Assembly (NCBI GenBank): GCA_963797135.1
Contig: CAWCOK010000011.1
Location: 220,444-284,443, forward strand
Direction: 5' to 3'
DNA length: 64,000 nucleotides
DNA from: an uncultured Acidobacteriaceae bacterium
Lineage (GTDB): Bacteria; Acidobacteriota; Terriglobia; Terriglobales; Acidobacteriaceae
The notes under the pieces are model-generated. The model saw nothing but the letters and a program-made list of their open reading frames with translations. It made no database searches and was not told where the DNA came from. Shown in pieces: positions 20,980 through 31,307 of this stretch (within the stretch, counting starts at the first letter, position 1; each line of letters begins with the position of its first letter). The position numbers were made by a program, and so were the translations under genes.

Positions 20980-22479
20980 TTATGTCTTGGGCACACTCCG
21001 CTGAAAGACCGCGGAGTTGTCATCGGAGTAGACCATCGTCCATCCTGCAAGCGGCAGAACCTGCACCATGGGAGAGGTGCGGGCAAGCAGGCAGAAATTG
21101 ATCTTGTACTTGTCCAGCAGTTTGTTTGGTGGTTCCTGCAGGGTTGCCCAGTTGCCGAACTCTCTGAAGACGCCGGTTGCTTCAAACACGTCGGCTCGAC
21201 CATCGATAAAGACCGGATACTCTGGAGCCGCCCAGATGAGGTAGCCGCCATAGACGTATTCATTCAGCATTGGGCCTGAGATGTGCTTCGATTTGAGAAA
21301 CTCAACCGCCTTTACGGGGCTTTGCTTCGCTACCAGTGAGTTGAGAAAAGGCTTGCCGGGAAACGCAAAATAGATAGCGATGAACGAAGCGATGATCAGG
21401 ACCGCATTGGGAACTGGGTGGTCCCGATAGACGTCGTAGTTGTCCCACTCCTCCTTCAAGAGTCGCGAGAGAATCGGCGCGGCAAGGATGCCAAAGGCAA
21501 AGACCATGCGTTCGTGACTGGCTGCCAGCCATGTTCCCATAGCAAGGATGAGCACTTCCTCCCAAAGAAGCTCCTGGCAACGAACGATGACCATCAGAAG
21601 AGACACTGCAATTACGGCCACAAGAGCGAAGGCCCGCGGATCGCCGAAGCTGAGAGGCTTCCACTCATCCACCGCGCTAAGACCCAACGGCTGGTGCAGG
21701 AGAGTATCAATCGGATAGAAGACCTGGCCTGGCCCAATAGGGTTCAGGAACAGCGCTGCAATCGATAGCAGGAATGCGTAGGCGAGGGTTCGTCGAACCC
21801 GTGGATCCCATGACGGCGATACGAGCAGGCCCGCCTGGAAACGAAAGAACGAGCCGGCAAGAATGACTCCCGCAACCAGAAGACCGAGGAAGAATGATCC
21901 GTGTGTGTTCACCCAGATGGCGAAGAGCACAGGCAGGCCCCAGAACCAGCGTGGATTGCGCGTTCGCCCCAGATGCAACAGGATTAGCTCGACGATCAGG
22001 AAGATGTACCCGAACACCTGCGGCCTGATTCCCAGACCCATGGTTGAAAACAGCCATATGACGAGACCTCCGACAAAGGAGATCTTCGCGTTTCCTGAGT
22101 ACAGCCAACACAGGCAATAGCCGGCGATCAGCAGGACCGAGCCAAGGATGCACAGCAGCGCCATCAGTCCCGGGTAGCCGGCTGCTTTGTAAGCGCCGTA
22201 GATAACAAACTGGGGGAGCCATTCGTGGGGAATGTAGCTGTGATGGCCTGTCGTGAAGGAGAAGAGGTCGGTCCGGGGAATGGTGTGGGTGGTCCAGATG
22301 ATCTCACCCATCTTCAAGTGCCACCACATGTCCGGATCGTCAAAGCGCAGCCGCACCGTGATCACTGCAAGAACAGAGAGGAGAGAAGCCAGCATCGCCG
22401 GAAAGGAGAAGATCCTTCGTATCGGATGAATCGTTGTCACGAAGGGAGCCCGTTCTGCTGTTGCCGGCGTGTTCATCAC
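20980..22479 (-). CDS. Polytopic membrane protein, GT-C-like glycosyltransferase with an STT3/AglB-like C-terminal soluble domain
   Basis: About 11-12 hydrophobic segments, acidic DDPDMWWHL after TM1, C-terminal NEYVYGGYLIW..PVFIDGR..LLDKYKINF. Coupled (ATGA overlap) to the upstream activator gene. Confidence 0.65.
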   Translation of the reverse strand: MMNTPATAERAPFVTTIHPIRRIFSFPAMLASLLSVLAVITVRLRFDDPDMWWHLKMGEIIWTTHTIPRTDLFSFTTGHHSYIPHEWLPQFVIYGAYKAAGYPGLMALLCILGSVLLIAGYCLCWLYSGNAKISFVGGLVIWLFSTMGLGIRPQVFGYIFLIVELILLHLGRTRNPRWFWGLPVLFAIWVNTHGSFFLGLLVAGVILAGSFFRFQAGLLVSPSWDPRVRRTLAYAFLLSIAALFLNPIGPGQVFYPIDTLLHQPLGLSAVDEWKPLSFGDPRAFALVAVIAVSLLMVIVRCQELLWEEVLILAMGTWLAASHERMVFAFGILAAPILSRLLKEEWDNYDVYRDHPVPNAVLIIASFIAIYFAFPGKPFLNSLVAKQSPVKAVEFLKSKHISGPMLNEYVYGGYLIWAAPEYPVFIDGRADVFEATGVFREFGNWATLQEPPNKLLDKYKINFCLLARTSPMVQVLPLAGWTMVYSDDNSAVFQRSVPKT

Positions 22480-23885
22480 GCAGATTCTACTTCCGCGTGA
22501 CCTCCGTCGATAGCAAGTTCAGCATCGGAGATCCCGTCGGGTTCGGCCACACGGATCAAGCGGTGAAGGTAAGCTCGGGAGATATTGAGGCTCCGCGCTG
22601 CCAGCGTCTTGTTTCCGTGGTTCTCGCGCAGCGCCGTTGTCGCCAGCTTGATCTTGTAGCTGCGCAACTGCCGCTCAAACGATCCAGAGGGTTCGTAGTC
22701 CTCAATGTTGAGAACCACGTTCTCCTCCTGAATTCTGACCGGGAGATCTTCCATGGTCAGGGTGTCGCCCGGAGAAACAATGATCGCCTGCTGGATGACA
22801 TTCTCGAGTTCGCGCACATTCCCGGGCCAGGAATAACCCTGCAGCGCCGTCTGAGCCTGAGGATCGATGTCCACCATGGGCTTTCCATACATTTCAGAGT
22901 AATGACGCAGGAAGTACATCGCTATATGCGGGATGTCTTCGGAATGATCGCGAAGCGGCGGGGAATCGATGCCAACTACATTGATTCGGTAATAGAAGTC
23001 CTCGCGGAATGACCCCAGTGAGACCTTCTCCCGAAGATTCTGGTGGGTGGCGAAGATCAGCCGCGCCTTCAGAGGAATCAGCTTACTACTGCCGAGCCGG
23101 CAGAACTCACGCTGCTGGATAACGCGAAGAAGCTTGACCTGTGTGGAGAGGCTGAGTTCTCCGATCTCATCGAGGAAGAGAGTGCCCTCTCCCGCCTGCT
23201 CCAGATAGCCCACGCGGGTACCGACTGTGCCGGTGAATGCTCCCTTCTCGTGGCCGAACAGCTCTGCTTCGATCAGGCTCTCAGGAATAGCTCCACAGCA
23301 AACGGCGACGAAAGGCTTGTTTGCGCGAATGCCCATCCGGTGAATCCCGTTCGCGATAAGCTCTTTTCCGGTTCCGCTCTCGCCTGTGACCAAGACGGTA
23401 GCGCTGATGTTTGCGACGCGATTCATCAGGTCATACACCCGCTGCATCTGAGGGCTGGAACCGATCATCTGATGTCCGGTCCCCGCTGCCTGTCGTTCCT
23501 GAACAGCCTGAATCTCGCGCTTGAGCGCCGCGCTCTCATGCGCTCGTTGAAGAGTTGTCTTGAGATCGCGTATCGAGGGGGGTCTGCGGCAATAGTTGTA
23601 TGCGCCCAGCCTCACAAGCTCGACCGCGTTGGAGCGAAGGCCGTCGCTTGCCATTACAACCAGTGGCATCTCACCAGCCACGATCTGCTTCGTCACGCGC
23701 ACTGCTTCGTGCAACGTGTCATGGTAAGCATCCAAGTCAAGTAGTACGAGATCGAACCGGCTGGTATCTAAAAGCCCGTCCATATCAGCGTCGGTGGGTA
23801 CAAGGCTTGCATCGAACTCATTACCCAAAGCTGAGAGAAGCGACTGCAGAGTACGGTCCTGCGAAGAAAGTCCAATTCGAATCAT
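22476..23885 (-). CDS. Sigma-54-dependent enhancer-binding protein (degenerate receiver, AAA+, Fis HTH)
   Basis: [64 protein letters not shown]. Confidence 0.95.
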   Translation of the reverse strand: MIRIGLSSQDRTLQSLLSALGNEFDASLVPTDADMDGLLDTSRFDLVLLDLDAYHDTLHEAVRVTKQIVAGEMPLVVMASDGLRSNAVELVRLGAYNYCRRPPSIRDLKTTLQRAHESAALKREIQAVQERQAAGTGHQMIGSSPQMQRVYDLMNRVANISATVLVTGESGTGKELIANGIHRMGIRANKPFVAVCCGAIPESLIEAELFGHEKGAFTGTVGTRVGYLEQAGEGTLFLDEIGELSLSTQVKLLRVIQQREFCRLGSSKLIPLKARLIFATHQNLREKVSLGSFREDFYYRINVVGIDSPPLRDHSEDIPHIAMYFLRHYSEMYGKPMVDIDPQAQTALQGYSWPGNVRELENVIQQAIIVSPGDTLTMEDLPVRIQEENVVLNIEDYEPSGSFERQLRSYKIKLATTALRENHGNKTLAARSLNISRAYLHRLIRVAEPDGISDAELAIDGGHAEVESA

Positions 23886-24180
23886 GTTTCTGGTGCTCCC
23901 GGTTCTTGCTGGGTTAAGCCCCTTGCACTACGACTGTCTGAATCAATTAAGCTCTTATGACGCTGTTCTGTCCTTGCTTCAGATCAACCAAGTTGTTGCG
24001 TCTATCGAAAACTTTGCGCAAAAAGGATTCTTCTTCCCCTTCAGTGCAAGCTGCCGCTTTCTCTAAAACGCCGCAAAATTGGCTAGAGACTGAGTATTTA
24101 TCTGATCCACAGGGCAAAGTCGAGACAAATTAGACGTAACTATGGTAATGAGACGCTCCATGTTACTTTGAAGCGTCGTT

Positions 24181-24196
24181 CGGCAACTGGCTTGCT
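24181..24196 (+). promoter_or_regulatory. Possible sigma-54 -24/-12 promoter CGGCAACTGGCTTGCT
   Basis: GG-N10-GC with TTGCT. It would start transcription about 2 nt before ATG 24209 (near-leaderless). Confidence 0.4.
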
Positions 24197-24208
24197 GAGG
24201 CAATTTAC

Positions 24209-25825
24209 ATGACTTGGCCGCGGAGTTGGGACCCTCTGTTACTCGCCTCTGCGGTGGCGCTCAGTCGCCTCGCATTTCGTACACGCGAGCTATATGACCT
24301 TGATTCGGTGAACTTCGCGCTGGGAATCGCGCGCTTTGACCCTCAGGTCCATCAACCTCACCCACCCGGCTATTTCCTCTACGTTGAGTTAGGCCGTCTG
24401 CTCAATTTCTTCACCCATGATGCGAACCTTGCGCTCGTTATCCTGAGCGCTGCCGCCAGTTGCGGGACAATCCTGCTTATCTATTACCTGGCCCTGGAGT
24501 GGTTTGACATCAGCACAGCGCGCTTTGCCAGCGCAGTCTTTTTCTTTTCTCCGCTTGGCTGGTTTCATGGCACGGTCGCACTCACCTATGGTGTCGAAGC
24601 CTTCTTCTCGGCGCTCATGGGGTATCTGTGTTGGCGGATGGCTCGCGGAACGCCAAGTCTGGCGATCTTCGCAGGCGTGGCCCTGGGGATCTCTGCCGGC
24701 ATTCGACCATCGTCCCTGGTTTTCCTTGGGCCGCTCTATCTCTACTGCCTCTATTCCAGTCGGCAGCTCACACTGCGGCTGCGACTGGCTGGAATCCTCG
24801 TGCTCGCGCTCACCGTCGCTGCCTGGGGCCTGCCAATGCTCTACATGAGTGGCGGTTTCCACGCATACTGGGGAGCCCTTACCTCGTTATGGCGAGTCGT
24901 GCCGTCAAAGGAGACGGTCTTCAACTCCTCGCCTGCCACCTCCCTCGCCCGGGCCTGTTTTGTCGCGTTCGTCGCGATGCTGACCTTCGGCACGGCCTTG
25001 TTGGTTCTTCCTCGGGTCCTCCTGAGCAGTGCTCATGTTGATCCGAAGAAGAGAAACTTCACGATCGTGTGGGCCGCTCCAGCTGTCTGCTTTTTCACGC
25101 TGGTCTTCTTTAAGTTCATCAATAGCGGCTACTTACTCCTGCTCATCGCGCCGGGCTCGGTGTGGCTGGGCTATTGGATTTCGACCTGGTACCAAGCCAG
25201 CAGGTGGCGTGCTTCCGGGAAGCTTGCGCTGCTCGGGACATGCCTTGCGATCAACGTCCTGATCTATCTCCAATCGCCGTTTTACTTTTCTTACCGATCG
25301 GTTCGGAGCTTCGAAAGACGGTTGGATTCCCTGCGCTCTGCGCTTCCGCAGATGTGCGTGCCCGACGACACTCTTGTGGTCGCCTTCGATTCGCATTTTC
25401 TGGGCTATCGCCACGCGGGTTACTATCTCCCGGATTATTTCGTCGTTCAATACCCAGAAGTTAAGCTAAATCAAGGCCCACGTTCATTTGCCATGCATGG
25501 CCGGGATACGTTTCTGCTCGAACAGTTGCCGCTGAGCAAGTACAGAAGATTCGTACTGTTCCCGCTGCCAGGCGAAAAGGGGGACCAGTCCTATCTGGCC
25601 ACGGTCATGGATCTGCTTCCCACAGAGGAACTTAAGACCATCAGGGTGGGTGACCAGCAGTTTGTCGTTGGCCCGATTGCTCTGTTGCCCCGTCTTTTCC
25701 CGCATACGCCACAGTTGACCAGTCAGCGTGTGTATCCGTCGATTCACTCATCATTGCAGTATGTAAACAGCCGTGAACACCCTGCGGCCGGGATCGAGCA
25801 CAAAGCAGCCGATTTGCCCCGATAA
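24209..25825 (+). CDS. DUF2723/TMEM260-like GT-C membrane glycosyltransferase (putative protein O-glycosyltransferase)
   Basis: YDLDSVNF after TM1, HQPHPPGYFLY motif characteristic of DUF2723, GIRP, multiple TM segments, soluble C-terminal domain. Confidence 0.72.
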   Translation: MTWPRSWDPLLLASAVALSRLAFRTRELYDLDSVNFALGIARFDPQVHQPHPPGYFLYVELGRLLNFFTHDANLALVILSAAASCGTILLIYYLALEWFDISTARFASAVFFFSPLGWFHGTVALTYGVEAFFSALMGYLCWRMARGTPSLAIFAGVALGISAGIRPSSLVFLGPLYLYCLYSSRQLTLRLRLAGILVLALTVAAWGLPMLYMSGGFHAYWGALTSLWRVVPSKETVFNSSPATSLARACFVAFVAMLTFGTALLVLPRVLLSSAHVDPKKRNFTIVWAAPAVCFFTLVFFKFINSGYLLLLIAPGSVWLGYWISTWYQASRWRASGKLALLGTCLAINVLIYLQSPFYFSYRSVRSFERRLDSLRSALPQMCVPDDTLVVAFDSHFLGYRHAGYYLPDYFVVQYPEVKLNQGPRSFAMHGRDTFLLEQLPLSKYRRFVLFPLPGEKGDQSYLATVMDLLPTEELKTIRVGDQQFVVGPIALLPRLFPHTPQLTSQRVYPSIHSSLQYVNSREHPAAGIEHKAADLPR

Positions 25826-25852
25826 TTTTGCGGCATCAGTCAGTTACGGCTT

Positions 25853-25868
25853 TGGATGAGGAATTGCA
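25853..25868 (+). promoter_or_regulatory. Sigma-54 -24/-12 promoter TGGATGAGGAATTGCA for the cpaA operon
   Basis: TGG-N10-GC with TTGCA, 30 nt upstream of the cpaA ATG; conserved upstream motif at 25755-25779. Confidence 0.6.
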
Positions 25869-25897
25869 CTGAGTCATGCATTGGAGCTTTGTAGCAT

Positions 25898-26410
25898 ATG
25901 CATTCCATTAGCTGGTGGCCGACGGTAATTGTTCTGGCAGTAGCCACCATTACCGACCTTCGGAGCCGGAGGATTCCCAACTGGCTGGTGTACCCATTTT
26001 TCATTGCGGGTTTCATCGTCTCCGGCTTTACTAGTGGGATTGGCGGTATCGTTCAAAGCCTGGAGGGAATGTGCGTTGGCGCACTCTTCTTTGGGCTGCT
26101 GTACTTTCTGGGCGGCATGGGAATGGGAGACGTCAAGCTCTGCGCAGCCATCGGGGTATGGATTGGCCCGTCGCAGATGCTTCTGGCGTTGGTTCTGACC
26201 GGCATGGCCGGTGGCCTCATTGCACTTTGTATGGCGGTTGCTGGAGGATTCGTCGGAGAGATGTTCAAGGGCACGGGAGATGTCCTAATCAGTTGGAAGC
26301 GCGGGCTTCGTCCACACCCTGAGTTGGTTCTCAGTAATCCGGTGGCGAGAAAGATGCCCTACGCTCCTGCTATTGCCATAGGCACCGTTGTCTCGTTCTT
26401 CTCACGGTAG
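25898..26410 (+). CDS. cpaA: Prepilin peptidase, A24 family (CpaA/TadV)
   Basis: TDLRSRRIPNW, GGMGMGDVKL, MPYAPAIAIG; no methyltransferase domain; Tad context. Confidence 0.92.
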   Translation: MHSISWWPTVIVLAVATITDLRSRRIPNWLVYPFFIAGFIVSGFTSGIGGIVQSLEGMCVGALFFGLLYFLGGMGMGDVKLCAAIGVWIGPSQMLLALVLTGMAGGLIALCMAVAGGFVGEMFKGTGDVLISWKRGLRPHPELVLSNPVARKMPYAPAIAIGTVVSFFSR

Positions 26411-26498
26411 GTCAGACGATGTTTCGGTTATCAAGACCATGGCGAATCTACATTCACCGATCGGAATGAAGCAAGAAGCACGGAGCGGCGAATTTGTG

Positions 26499-27692
26499 AT
26501 GTCGACCTCGACCAAGGACACGGACGCGATTGGAAGTAAAACGATCTCCATCGCCTTGATCTCTCCCGAGGAGATGCGAAGGAAGCCGCTCGCTGATGCC
26601 TTGGCGGAGTTGCGCGGAAGCGCTACGCGCGAGTTCTCGTCCTACCCGGAGCTGGATGACGTACCCAGGCTTCTTGAGGCGGACTACGACGTCATCATCG
26701 TGGAGTTGGACAGCAATCCGGAGTATGCGCTCGACCTCGTGGAGAGCGTTTGTGCCAATAGTTCCGCCACCGTAATGGTTTACTCAGGGCGTGTCTATCC
26801 CGACATGCTGGTGCGCTGCATGAGAGCAGGAGCCAGAGAGTTCCTCACCTCGCCAGTCACCGCAGGAGCCATTGCGGAGGCGATGATCCGAGCCGCCGTA
26901 CGGCGACCGGCGGCTCGGCCTGTCAAAAAGACGAACGGAAAGTTGTTCGTCTTCGTCGGAGCAAAAGGGGGTTCCGGCGCCACAACGATTGCGAGCAACT
27001 TTGCCGTTGCTCTGGCGCAGGAAAGCAACCAGAACACGCTACTGATCGATCTGAACCTTCCGCTGGGGGATGTTGCGCTCGAACTCGGGGTTCATTCCGA
27101 GTACTCAACGGTAACGGCGCTGCAGGATCATCAGCGTCTGGACTTCAATTTTCTTAATAGCCTGCTGATTAAGCACAGTTCGGGCCTGTCGGTATTGGCG
27201 GCTCCCGATCAATACAGTGAGGTCGAAGCATCTGCCGCTTCTGTTGAGAAGCTGCTATCTGTGGCAAGGCAGAACTTCGACTACGTCGTCGTTGATGCAG
27301 GATCCAGATTTGGAGCGACCGGCAAAGCACTCTTTGAAAATGGTTCGACTGTGTACCTCGTCACGCAAGTGGGTATCTCGGACCTGCGCAACTCCAACCG
27401 ACTGATCTCGGAGCTTCTCAAGGCCAGTGGCGCCGAGGTTGAAGTAGTGCTCAATCGCTTCACGCCGCGGTCTCTGGTCATCGACGAGCAAAGCATCACC
27501 AAGGCGCTCACAATGCCGGCGCAGTGGAAGATTCCGAATGACTACGCGGCAGCCCGCAGTGCGCAGAACACGGCGACCCCGCTGGCGCTCAAAGACTCAC
27601 CGATTTCACGTGTGATCCTGCAGATGGCGAGAGCCGCGCGAGGAGCGCCCTCAAACCCGGAGAAGAAGAAGCGGTTCGGCATCTTCGGTTGA
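26499..27692 (+). CDS. cpaE: Pilus assembly protein CpaE/TadZ (atypical receiver + MinD-like ATPase)
   Basis: CMRAGAREFL receiver remnant, GAKGGSGATT deviant P-loop, LLIDLNLPLGD, VVVDAG, IPNDY. Confidence 0.9.
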   Translation: MSTSTKDTDAIGSKTISIALISPEEMRRKPLADALAELRGSATREFSSYPELDDVPRLLEADYDVIIVELDSNPEYALDLVESVCANSSATVMVYSGRVYPDMLVRCMRAGAREFLTSPVTAGAIAEAMIRAAVRRPAARPVKKTNGKLFVFVGAKGGSGATTIASNFAVALAQESNQNTLLIDLNLPLGDVALELGVHSEYSTVTALQDHQRLDFNFLNSLLIKHSSGLSVLAAPDQYSEVEASAASVEKLLSVARQNFDYVVVDAGSRFGATGKALFENGSTVYLVTQVGISDLRNSNRLISELLKASGAEVEVVLNRFTPRSLVIDEQSITKALTMPAQWKIPNDYAAARSAQNTATPLALKDSPISRVILQMARAARGAPSNPEKKKRFGIFG

Positions 27693-27729
27693 AATTCAAT
27701 GGTTTCGGTAACTGGGGAAATGGGGCTGT

Positions 27730-29010
27730 ATGGATCGTTTGGATCTCGATAAGTTTAAAGCGGAGATACACAAGACGCTGATCTCGAAGCTTGATCTGGA
27801 GAAGCTGTCCCGGGTCAACACGAGCCAGGCTCGGCAGGCTGTCGCGGGCATGGTGAGCGAGATCATCGTCGCGCAGCGTGTTCCGTTGAACTTTTCAGAG
27901 CAGGCCAAGGTTGAAGCCGAGCTGCTGGACGAGGTCTTCGGTCTGGGACCGCTGGAGCCCTTGCTTGCGGATCCGACCATCTCTGACATCCTGGTCAACG
28001 ACAAAAACCACGTCTTTATTGAGCGTCGTGGAATTCTTCATCAGGTCGATACCGCTTTTCGAGATGACCGCCATCTGTTGCAGATCATCGATCGCATCGT
28101 TTCCCGAGTAGGTCGGCGCGTAGATGAGTCTTCTCCGATGGTCGATGCTCGTCTCCCGGACGGATCTCGTGTCAATGCGATTATCCCTCCACTGGCGCTT
28201 GACGGGCCCGCGCTGTCGATTCGCCGTTTCGGAACCGGACCGCTCGCGGCAAATCAGCTGGTCGAACTGAAGAGCATCTCGCCGGAGATGATGGAGGTTC
28301 TTACCGCAGCGGTTCGCGCACGCATCAGCATCCTGATCTCCGGAGGAACTGGCGCCGGAAAGACGACCTTCCTCAATATCCTCTCGCAGTACATCCCGAA
28401 GAACGAACGCATCGTGACGATCGAGGACGCCGCCGAACTCAGACTGGCTCTCGACAACATCGTGCGTATGGAGACCCGGCCGCCTAACGTTGAGGGCACC
28501 GGTGCTGTCCGCCAGCGTCAACTTCTCATCAACAGTCTGCGTATGCGTCCCGATCGCATCATCATCGGTGAGGTTCGTGGCGAGGAAGCCTTCGACATGC
28601 TTCAGGCCATGAACACGGGCCACGAAGGATCAATGACTACGATCCACGCGAACACACCCAGGGACGCGCTCACCAGACTTGAATCCATGGTGGCGATGAG
28701 CAACCTGAATCTGCCGGAAAAGAGTGTTAGGCAGCAGATCGTCTCGGCGATTTCGATTGTCGTTCAGGTTTCGCGCATGAGCGACGGCAGCCGCAAGGTC
28801 GTCAGCATCTCCGAGATTACGGGAATGGAAGAGAACATCGTCAGTATGCAAGATATCTTCACCTTCTCCCGAAAGGGTGTCGGGCCGGACGGCAAGGTTA
28901 TCGGAACATTCGCGCCAAGCCGTATCCGTCCAAAGTTCCTTGAGCGGTTAAAGGTGTCAGGAATATTCCTGTCGCCTAATCTCTTCGAGCAGACGATGGA
29001 AGTGAACTGA
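27730..29010 (+). CDS. cpaF: Tad pilus assembly ATPase CpaF/TadA
   Basis: [67 protein letters not shown]. Confidence 0.96.
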   Translation: MDRLDLDKFKAEIHKTLISKLDLEKLSRVNTSQARQAVAGMVSEIIVAQRVPLNFSEQAKVEAELLDEVFGLGPLEPLLADPTISDILVNDKNHVFIERRGILHQVDTAFRDDRHLLQIIDRIVSRVGRRVDESSPMVDARLPDGSRVNAIIPPLALDGPALSIRRFGTGPLAANQLVELKSISPEMMEVLTAAVRARISILISGGTGAGKTTFLNILSQYIPKNERIVTIEDAAELRLALDNIVRMETRPPNVEGTGAVRQRQLLINSLRMRPDRIIIGEVRGEEAFDMLQAMNTGHEGSMTTIHANTPRDALTRLESMVAMSNLNLPEKSVRQQIVSAISIVVQVSRMSDGSRKVVSISEITGMEENIVSMQDIFTFSRKGVGPDGKVIGTFAPSRIRPKFLERLKVSGIFLSPNLFEQTMEVN

Positions 29011-29028
29011 AGCATCGAGGAAACGCCG

Positions 29029-30001
29029 ATGTTAGTCATTTTGTTGCTTGTGTTCTTCGGAGTGTTCGTGGTCATCGCTCTGCTGCTGTCGGCTGGAGGC
29101 GGAGGCGCTGCTCAACAAGCTGAGCGCGCGAAGGCCAGTCTGGATGCCGCCCTGGCCACCGGCAGAAGGGACGCCAGCGATCAGCTCGTCGATGTTCGCA
29201 AGAACGAACTGATGAGTGCGGTTCCGTGGATAAATCGCTGGCTGGTGCGAATCGAGCTTGGTGCGCGTCTCAAGACTCTTCTCAATCAGTCGGGTCTGAA
29301 GTGGACTGCAGGCGCGCTCATCATGATGAGTGTCGTCTGCTTCCTTATTCCCGCCTATTTGATCTACACGAGGACAGGAGTCCTTATCTTTGCAATATTG
29401 ATGGGAATCCTCCTCGGTATGGCCCCCTTTGCCTTTGTTATTCACACCCGCAACAAGCGATTTCAGCAGATTGAGCAGGAATTGCCGGAGGCACTGGATC
29501 TGATGGTTAGCGGCCTTCGCGCCGGCCATAGCCTCGTTGCCGCGCTTCGCCTTGTCGCCTACGAGTCTCCCGAGCCAATCAGCAGCGAGTTCCGCATCTG
29601 CTTCGACGAACAGAACTATGGCCTTGAACTCAGAACCGCCATGGAAAACCTGGTTAGCCGCGTTCCCCTGCAGGACCTGAGGATCGTTGTCACGGCAATC
29701 CTGATCCAAAAAGACAGTGGAGGAAACCTGGCCGAAGTGCTCGACAAGGCCTCCTATGTGATTCGCGAGCGATTCAAGCTGAAGAGGCAGGTGCGCGTTC
29801 ACACAGCACAGGGAAGACTGACAGGATGGATCCTTTCCTTTCTGCCAATCGCCCTTGGTATTGCACTCTATCTCGCTCAATCCGCAAACGATGAGTCTGT
29901 TATGGACTCGCCCTATTGGCGTCAAGCTCCTGATCGCATCAGGCGTCATGACCATAACTGGCACCTTGATCATCCGCAAGATCGTCAACATGGACGTGTA
30001 G
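29029..30001 (+). CDS. tadB: Tad inner-membrane platform protein TadB; frameshift near 29878
   Basis: LPEALDLMVSGLRAGHSL, IQKDSGGNLAEVL, TAQGRLTG. The last TM and IIRKIVNMDV* continue in another frame to TAG 30001. Confidence 0.9.
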
Positions 30002-30011
30002 GAGACTGGAT

Positions 30012-30923
30012 ATGGCATTCGTAGCGTTCACATTTCTCGTCATCTTCATCCTGGTCGCCAGCGGTGGTCTCATCCTGTTCTATCGCCAGGCGATGCTCGA
30101 GCGTATCTCCGATGTCGTCTCTCCAGAGGGCAGGCGTGGTGGCGGTATGCTCAGCACCCTCCAGCAGACTCGCTCCTCGCTGGGTGGAATGGTGCAACAG
30201 TTGGAGAGAGTTCTGCCGAAGAGCCAGGCCGAGGTCTCCGTTATCCAGCAGCGTCTCATCCGGGCTGGATACCGCAAGGATTCCGCAATCAATCTCTTCT
30301 ATGGAGCGAAGGTCCTGGTCCCCATCGGACTTTGCGTGGTGGCTTTTGTAACCGGGATCGCGAATAACAATCCGTTTTTCGTTTACGCGATTGCATTAGG
30401 ACTTGGATTCCTCGCCCCGGATTTCTGGCTGGGTAAACGTATCTCCTCACGCCAGGCGGCTATCAAGCGTGGATTACCCGACGTCCTCGATCTACTCGTT
30501 ATTTGCATCGAGGCCGGTCTCAGCATGGACCAGGCCACCTCTCGAACCGCCGAGGAACTCGACATCGCTCATCCCGCTGTCTGCGACGAACTTAGCATCG
30601 TCGTTTTAGAGCAGAGAGCCGGCCGTCCGCGCTCCGAGGCCTGGAAACAATTTGCTGATCGTACCGGGGTGGATAGCGTCCGCAACCTCGTTACTGTACT
30701 AGTTCAGTCCGAACAACTGGGAACGAGCGTCGCGAAAACGCTCCGCGTTCATTCCGATACCCTGCGCACCCAGCGTCGGCAAAAAGTGGAGGAGCAAGCT
30801 GCAAAGACCACGGTAAAACTGGTCTTTCCACTTGTCTTGTTTATTTTCCCCTCCCTGTTCCTCGTTACCCTGGGCCCGGCAGTCATCATTATGTCGGAGT
30901 CTTTCAAACACTACCTCAACTAA
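30012..30923 (+). CDS. tadC: Tad inner-membrane platform protein TadC
   Basis: LPDVLDLLVICIEAGLS, QSEQLGTSV, EEQAAKTTVKLVFPLVLFIFPSLF. Confidence 0.93.
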   Translation: MAFVAFTFLVIFILVASGGLILFYRQAMLERISDVVSPEGRRGGGMLSTLQQTRSSLGGMVQQLERVLPKSQAEVSVIQQRLIRAGYRKDSAINLFYGAKVLVPIGLCVVAFVTGIANNNPFFVYAIALGLGFLAPDFWLGKRISSRQAAIKRGLPDVLDLLVICIEAGLSMDQATSRTAEELDIAHPAVCDELSIVVLEQRAGRPRSEAWKQFADRTGVDSVRNLVTVLVQSEQLGTSVAKTLRVHSDTLRTQRRQKVEEQAAKTTVKLVFPLVLFIFPSLFLVTLGPAVIIMSESFKHYLN

Positions 30924-30947
30924 ACAGAGAAAGAAGGAGAACGAAAC

Positions 30948-31043
30948 GTGGATAACGTAACCATTATTCGGGTCGTAGCCGGAGTGCTGTTCGTCGTCGT
31001 ACTGGCGTTTTTGATCTATCGCCGGCGTACCCGGGTTCACTAG
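30948..31043 (+). CDS. 31-aa single-TM peptide MDNVTIIRVVAGVLFVVVLAFLIYRRRTRVH
   Basis: GTG start after AAGGAGA, 24 nt after the tadC stop; hydrophobic stretch followed by a basic tail. Below the ORF-track cutoff. Confidence 0.6.
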   Translation: MDNVTIIRVVAGVLFVVVLAFLIYRRRTRVH

Positions 31044-31307
31044 ACTGCGGACCGGCTTGGGGCCGGGTGTCAGTTCTTGGTTCTAGCGCGATGGACGTGC
31101 ATCTCTGAAAGGGCGCGAAGCATGCAGGTTATGCTGCTCTCTCTTCGGCGCGTCATCAATCTGAAACCGGGACATTCGGCCGTCCCTGCTCCATTGGGGC
31201 GCATAGCCCTTGGCAACGATTCGGAGGAACATTGGTTTATTCGAGTGGTTCTCGAGAGACAGATATACCCGGCCTTCAGACAGGAGCCGAAGTCGGGAGG
31301 GAGAAGG

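Noticed and set aside
31077-31307. N-terminal extension of the first DUF192 ORF
   Set aside because: A strong SD precedes ATG 31308 and the family similarity begins there; no convincing RNA structure was seen in this gap.
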